64,000 nt of DNA from Amoeboaphelidium protococcarum X5. Its lineage: Eukaryota > Fungi > Aphelidiomycota. Below are positions 58,773 through 64,000 of this stretch, piece after piece (position 1 is the first letter of the stretch; every line of letters starts with the position of its first letter). The notes under the pieces are model-generated. The model was given only the letters and a program-made list of their open reading frames with translations. It did not search any database and was not told the DNA's origin. The stretch lies in contig JALDTO010000192.1 in the NCBI GenBank assembly GCA_023515725.1, forward strand, positions 635,437 to 699,436, read 5' to 3'. The translations under genes and the position numbers were made by a program.

Positions 58773-59880
58773 ATGAATGATAATGTCATACACGCTATTG
58801 CAGGTATGTTCCGTATTCAATCCGCATGAGATATATCACATAGTTCACTCTTAAAGCGTAATATAATGTAATGTAGGTGCCGGTGGTGGTATCATTTCGA
58901 TGGCACTGACTTATCCGCTGATCACTGTTGGAACTCGACTGCAAATTTAGTAGAATAAAAAGACGGGTGGATAGAGTGATGCGAATCAGCAGTATAAAGG
59001 CTTGGTGGATGCATTCCAGAAGATTGTCAAGTATGAAGGTGTCGCTGGCTTATACAGCGGGATCAATAGTGCTTTGTTTGGCATAGCATTGACGAATGGT
59101 GTGTACTATTACTTTTATGAGTTTTCCAAGTCCCAGATGCTGGCCTTGAAGACTACTACCACGTCATCTTCATCTTTAAAGAACTTGAGTGTCATTGAGA
59201 ACCTACTCGCTGGCACTCTAGCTGGTTGCCTTACTGTTTTTATAACCAATCCGGTGTGGTTGTTGAACACTAGATAGGCCAGTGGGAAAGGTAATACATC
59301 GCTGAGTGAGGATGAGTTATCAAAAGCATCTGCTCAAGATCAGAGTAGTAGCGGTACGATTGCCATGTTGATGCAGATAATCAAGGAGGATGGTCTGCTG
59401 TCGCTGTGGCAAGGAGTCGGTCCAGCGCTGATCCTGGTGTCTAATCCTGCGATCTAGTACATGGTCTTTGAGTAGTTGCGGTAGAGAATTGAAAAGACGA
59501 AGTAGTTGACAGAGGTTGACTTTTTCATCCTGGGTGCATTATCGAAACTGGTTGCCACCTTCCTCACTTATCCTTACATTGTTATAAAGAGCAGGATGCA
59601 GTTGCGCTAAAAGAAGGCTGCGTCTTCTGGTGTTGGCTCTTCTAAAGGCAGTAGTGATACGCGACCAAAGTATGCCGATACTCTGAATTCAATCAAGACT
59701 GTCTTGAAGGAGGAGGGTGTTACTGGTCTGTACAAGGGATTGGGTTCTAAATTGACGCAAAGCGTGCTAACTGCCGCCATTTTGTTTATGGCCAAGGAGA
59801 AGTTGTTTGTGATTACCAAGGAGACTGCTCTGTATATTGCATCTTGGATAATGGCTATGGAAAGCAGAAGACAAAAGTGA
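58773..59880 (+). CDS. Peroxisomal carrier of the mitochondrial carrier family (PMP47/PMP34/SLC25A17-like); intron 58804-58876
   Basis: DNVIHAIAG|AGGGIISMALTYPLITVGTRLQ, NGVYYYFYE, TNPVWLLNTR, LVSNPAIQYMVFE, TYPYIVIKSRMQ, QSVLTAAILF. Confidence 0.9.
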
Positions 59881-60019
59881 TTGTGACTTGATGATTTGCA
59901 ATTGGAGTGTTATATCAGTTTCATTACTAAACTATACCCTTTTTTTAACTCATTACAGTATTCACAACTTTACGGGATTCATAACTATCAATGCCTTGGT
60001 ATGACCAGCAACGTTAATC

Positions 60020-61981
60020 TCAGGCAAATTCACCTCCAACTTGAACTTTTTACATTTCAGCCTAATTGGGAGTGACTTTAATGTCTTGATATGGACCAGA
60101 TTAGGATAGATTGACGATATTGCTAGATTTCAACAGCAGCAACTCTAGAAAAAACTTGCATACATCAGATCTCTTGGCATTGGAGGATATTTGGGATAAG
60201 CAGATTCCTTCAGCATTCTAAGCGGATTGGAACTTTGATTACAACAATTTGATGGTCTTTATAGAGTTTCCGCTTAGCGAGGACTGCTTTTTCATGGATG
60301 ATTCCAACATGTTGCCTTCCATTGCCGCTCTCACCGGGGTACCATTAACACTATTTCCACCCAGGAGATTTTCTTGATCCTCGGCATCAACCGCAGCAGA
60401 CAGCATAGATTAAAATGGAGTTTTATCAACAGCCGGCGAGTAGATTGATATTTCAGCAAGTGGGTAATTGTTATCATTATCTGGTAACTGTTGATTGTAA
60501 CTCGACATCGTCGGTTCGTAGATATTGTCATTGAAAGACTCAATAGCCATTTGATCGGGCAGATTATCTGATTCTTGGCCTTTTACAGAAGGTGCACGAT
60601 GGTTATCCACGACTGGGTCAGCATTCAATTCATCAGGTTACAGCAGAGGAAGACGCGACTAAGGAGGATCAAAATATTTCTAATCAAATAAGATCTTCTC
60701 ATCCTGCTGAGATTTCAAAGCTACATAAGATTTGCCGACTGAAACAGGAGTCAAATTGATAGCCCAGTGACCCTTTTTGCAAATATTAGAAGTATCTTTC
60801 AACTGACGAGCAATTTCGGAATTAGACAACTCAAGTACACTGTCTAGAGCTATGGTTTTATTCTTGCGGCGAGCCTACTACTTTGCAGCAACGGTCTTCT
60901 TCAGCTTTTTGGAAGATGCAGGCTTTGTTTGGCTTTCCAACAAATTCTCATTGCCAATCACTTAGCCAGCGAGCTGATCACTGTCAACGTTATTAAAGGA
61001 ACGCCCTTGCATGGAAGGAGTAGGAGGAAGGGACATTGATATCTCTTTCAACAGAGGATTTTCTTCAATAGTGTCCAAATTCATAGATATTTGGGCATCA
61101 GCATGCACCATAGGAGCAAAATTACTCATACTACCTATAGAAAACTTGCGAACAGACTCCATATCAATTACACTTCCAAGGCCGCCACCGAGACCAAAGC
61201 TGAGTCGAGACATTGACTGGTCAGCCAGAAAATCACCAGTTCTTGATTAATCTCTTCTAACAGTCTCCACTTCGTTGAACGATTCATTTCCCAGAGGACC
61301 ACCAAAATTGGAAATTGATACGGCAGATCTCTGGACAGTGGATAAAGGACCAGTCATCTGATTAAATTCTGGAATCAAATCAGTCCCAAAATTCAAGTTT
61401 GAGAATAAATTACCAGAAAGACTAAAGTCATAATTCTCTCTCAGCGTGATATCATCCAGGCGCGCAGTTTTGTTGGTGGATGGAGCCTTGAATGGAGCAT
61501 TTGACTGACGACGAGGAGTGGATATAGAAAGCATACTAGAGTTGGCATCAACCGTAAATTGACCAAAATCAATGCCTTCATCTTCAGGCCTGTTCATGAA
61601 TTAATTTCTTCTGACTCCAAAATGAATTACAGGATCCGTTTCAGCATGAAGTGTAATGGCATTTCTGGGAGCCATTGCCTACTCGTCAGGCAGTTCAACA
61701 TTAGAAGGTTTGAAAACCATTTTAATCTTGACCAAAGCTTCATTACAGTCTTCCAGCAGGTATCGAGTCTTTCTAGAGTATATGCGGACCACACCCAGCA
61801 GCAACTGCCCAGACAGTCTCAGTGCAATGATGGACGCGTCTCCTTCCAAAATGTCATCCACAGAATCCTTGATATTGGTCTGGTATATCTGAGCCTTTGA
61901 CAACTTCTTATCCAGGTGAGCAGCCAGCCAAACCTTTGCCAGAGCACCCTTTTTAGCCAAAATTTAATCGTTATAGAACAT
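60020..61981 (-). CDS. RAD21: Cohesin kleisin Rad21/Mcd1
   Basis: MFYNDQILAKKGALAKVWLAAH, ALRLSGQLLLGVVRIYSRKTRYLLEDC, C-terminal FFLELLLLK...QSGPYQDI; ExxR candidate separase site EVETVR. Confidence 0.93.
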
Positions 61982-62623
61982 TAAGAATGTTGTTAAGATG
62001 ATAACGCAAGGTAGGAAGACGGAAAGTGAAGGATAGAGAGAGACGAAAGGAACAAGGTGAAACGAAGAATCAAGTATGTGAAACGAGGTTTCATCGTATT
62101 GACGAATCAGTCTCAAATGAACACAGTAAACAGAATGCTAGACAGAGTAAAGGTTCTCTTTGTTTTTGATATCTAAAAAAACTATTGTGGTCTCTTATTA
62201 TTAGTGCTACCCTGATTCATTGTAAGGTTCGACTCTGCGTTTAGATGTGTTTAGCATGAAATCCGACGGACGCGATTTGGTAACCGGAGATTGTTCCAAA
62301 ACGGGTGATTAAAGGTGGGATTGACTGCAAGATGAATCCGTGATCCCACAATTTATCGGAGAAATAGCCACATACAGTTTGACGCGTGGCTATAAAGATT
62401 TAGAATTGTTATTTTTGCTTCGTGACGCGTTTTAGCTGTATCTGATCTGGGTAATCTGGAGATAACAACCGTGAATAAAATCCGGATTAGGAGAGAGATT
62501 AAAATCAATCGGAACAAACTTGTTTTGCTGTTGATTAGAACACATGCAGGGTACTAGATTCTGTATCAAGCTCATATTTCTCCCAGAAATAGCTTCAAAA
62601 AGTATGATAAAATAAAAATTGCG

Positions 62624-62628
62624 AAAAA
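62624..62628 (-). terminator. Pol III oligo-T terminator of tRNA-Glu
   Basis: TTTTT on the minus strand, 3 nt after the discriminator base. Confidence 0.7.
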
Positions 62629-62631
62629 TTA

Positions 62632-62703
62632 CTCCCAATCGGAGAATCGAACTCCGGCCACTTCGGTGAGAGCGAAGGATCCTAACCACTGGACCAATTG
62701 GGT
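62632..62703 (-). tRNA. tRNA-Glu (anticodon CTC)
   Basis: 72-nt cloverleaf ACCCAAT TG GTCC AGTGGTTA GGAT C CTTCG CTCTCAC CGAAG TGGC CGGAG TTCGATT CTCCG ATTGGGA G; the 1:72 pair is an A-A mismatch. Confidence 0.92.
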
Positions 62704-62716
62704 TAAGTAATACTGC

Positions 62717-63535
62717 TGTTATCTTTAGATCGGGACTACTTGATATACTAGACAGGGAAAACTTAGACTGACTATACAGGATCTAACCAGACAAGCAAGG
62801 TAAAAACGTGTAAATAAGTTGAATACTATACTAACACGATGATCAAAAGAGATGGATCTCATCTATCGTGAGAACTTGATTGTATAATCTTGAGGAGGCG
62901 TGGGAACGTTGCTCAGCCACAATAGGCAAAGATCATTGATCAGTCTGCACGACTGTAACATTATGATACTCTAGGACAGACTATAAACACAATAGGAACA
63001 AACGGGAAGCTATATACAAAGATTAAGAGTCAAACAGAGACACCAACAGAAGTACAGGAAGATAAAATATGTTAATAAGATAAATACTCTATACACACGT
63101 TAAGTGGAAGAAATCAATGTTCATAAGTGGCGCGCAAATATACTGCAGATACTTGCCTATTCGAGACGTCAATGATGAGAGAGGCGCGCACTTGAAACAA
63201 TGTTGATCATCTAAGCCCCACAGAGTCAGTTGTTGATACTTGATCGACGCGTGTGCTAACAGTTATTCTGCAGCAAGTAATAACTATATGTTGCCACAAT
63301 CGGAAGACCACCAGACAAAGTTCGAGAGACCAGACACAAGAGGAATAAGTATATTGTGCAAATAAGTAAAAACTATATTAACACGATGATCATAAAAAGA
63401 AGGATGTACTCAGACATCCGCATATATAACTCAAGGCGTGGGAAACATCGGCAGCGACATGAGGCGTGGGAAGATCAGTACGCCACTCAGCACCGAGATG
63501 TGGTATCAGCCTCATGATCAGGTGTTACGTTAACA
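62717..63535 (-). repeat. 3' LTR (819 bp) of a Ty3/Gypsy-type element
   Basis: Begins TGTTA directly after the polypurine tract GGAGAGGGAGGTAG (63549-63536, minus) and ends TAACA at 62717, giving TGTTA...TAACA inverted termini. The second LTR lies outside the window. Confidence 0.75.
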
Positions 63536-64000
63536 CTACCTCCCTCTCCATGTTGGACATCTTGCCTTAAGTCCTAGAGGCAGTACCATCATAAAAAAAG
63601 ATTTGTTTTACTACACCGACGTGAGCCAAGGTGCAAGATCAGACTCATTCACCACCGAATCTAGGCGCAATCCAGCGGGAGTCATTAGCCAATATGTACC
63701 AGGAAAACCGACGTCAACGACAGCATATGGACCCTTCCAATTGAATTCAAACTTATTCTTGCCGTGATGTTTCAGCTTAACCCAATCACCAACCTTAAAA
63801 TAATACTCCTTGGCAGAAGGATCTAAATTGTACTTTTTTCTCATTAACTCAGCTTATACCTAAGATCGCTCAAACGCAGCACGTCTAGCATTACCCATGT
63901 CTTCAAAAACACGAGCTTCCAATTCACCATGTAATTGCGCTTCTTCCAATTCATCCAAAGGTTTCATAAGGGAAGATGGCGGGTGAGTGTCACTAGGAAT
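63518..64000 (-). CDS. Retrotransposon Pol, integrase C-terminal part (truncated by window)
   Basis: Frame open from 64000 through in-frame TAG 63862-63860 and TAA 63856-63854; first TGA at 63520-63518. Confidence 0.8.

Larger units (their letters stand above)
62717..64000 (-). mobile_element. Ty3/Gypsy-type LTR retrotransposon, 3' part (integrase C-terminus, PPT, LTR)
   Basis: Integrase tail FKVGDWVKLK...KFEFNWKGPYAVV...TYWL...VNESDLAPW (GPY/F module), followed by PPT and LTR. Confidence 0.88.

Noticed and set aside
62221-62240. GGTTCGACTC B-box-like sequence as a second tRNA
   Set aside because: No acceptor, D or anticodon stems can be formed around it.

Overview
This is a compact, gene-dense eukaryotic (fungus-related opisthokont) nuclear region. 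It uses a non-standard genetic code: TAA and TAG encode Gln, and TGA is the only regular stop (translation table 6). That is why the supplied ORF track is fragmented. The code plus fungal-like proteins point to the aphelid algal parasite Amoeboaphelidium protococcarum or a relative (inference). Re-read in table 6, the window holds about 30 mostly intronless genes: Pumilio, Ypi1, Rpn13, Sit4/PP6, GT49, Coq8, CCDC124, aspartyl aminopeptidase, endophilin-like BAR-SH3, PIG-S, Bfr1, DUF1275, an MRP/Ycf1-type ABC transporter, a TLC protein, DOMON-cytochrome b561, GT8, SPF30, glutaredoxin, PRPP synthetase, probable Med14, lumazine synthase, Dbp10, Sec20, CBS-PB1, ethanolamine kinase, a peroxisomal carrier and Rad21. 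Accessory loci are a Crinkler-type NTPase/nuclease gene with a nonsense codon, a tandem pair of secreted ankyrin-like proteins (one frameshifted), a Bim1/X325-like GPI protein without its copper histidines, and decayed ORFs. At the right end a Ty3/Gypsy-type LTR retrotransposon sits 13 bp upstream of a tRNA-Glu(CTC) gene, and its integrase is written in the host's reassigned code. All 8 confidently inferred introns are 57-73 nt long and end in TGTAG. Coordinates were read by hand; the interiors of some long ORFs were checked by frame consistency rather than codon by codon.
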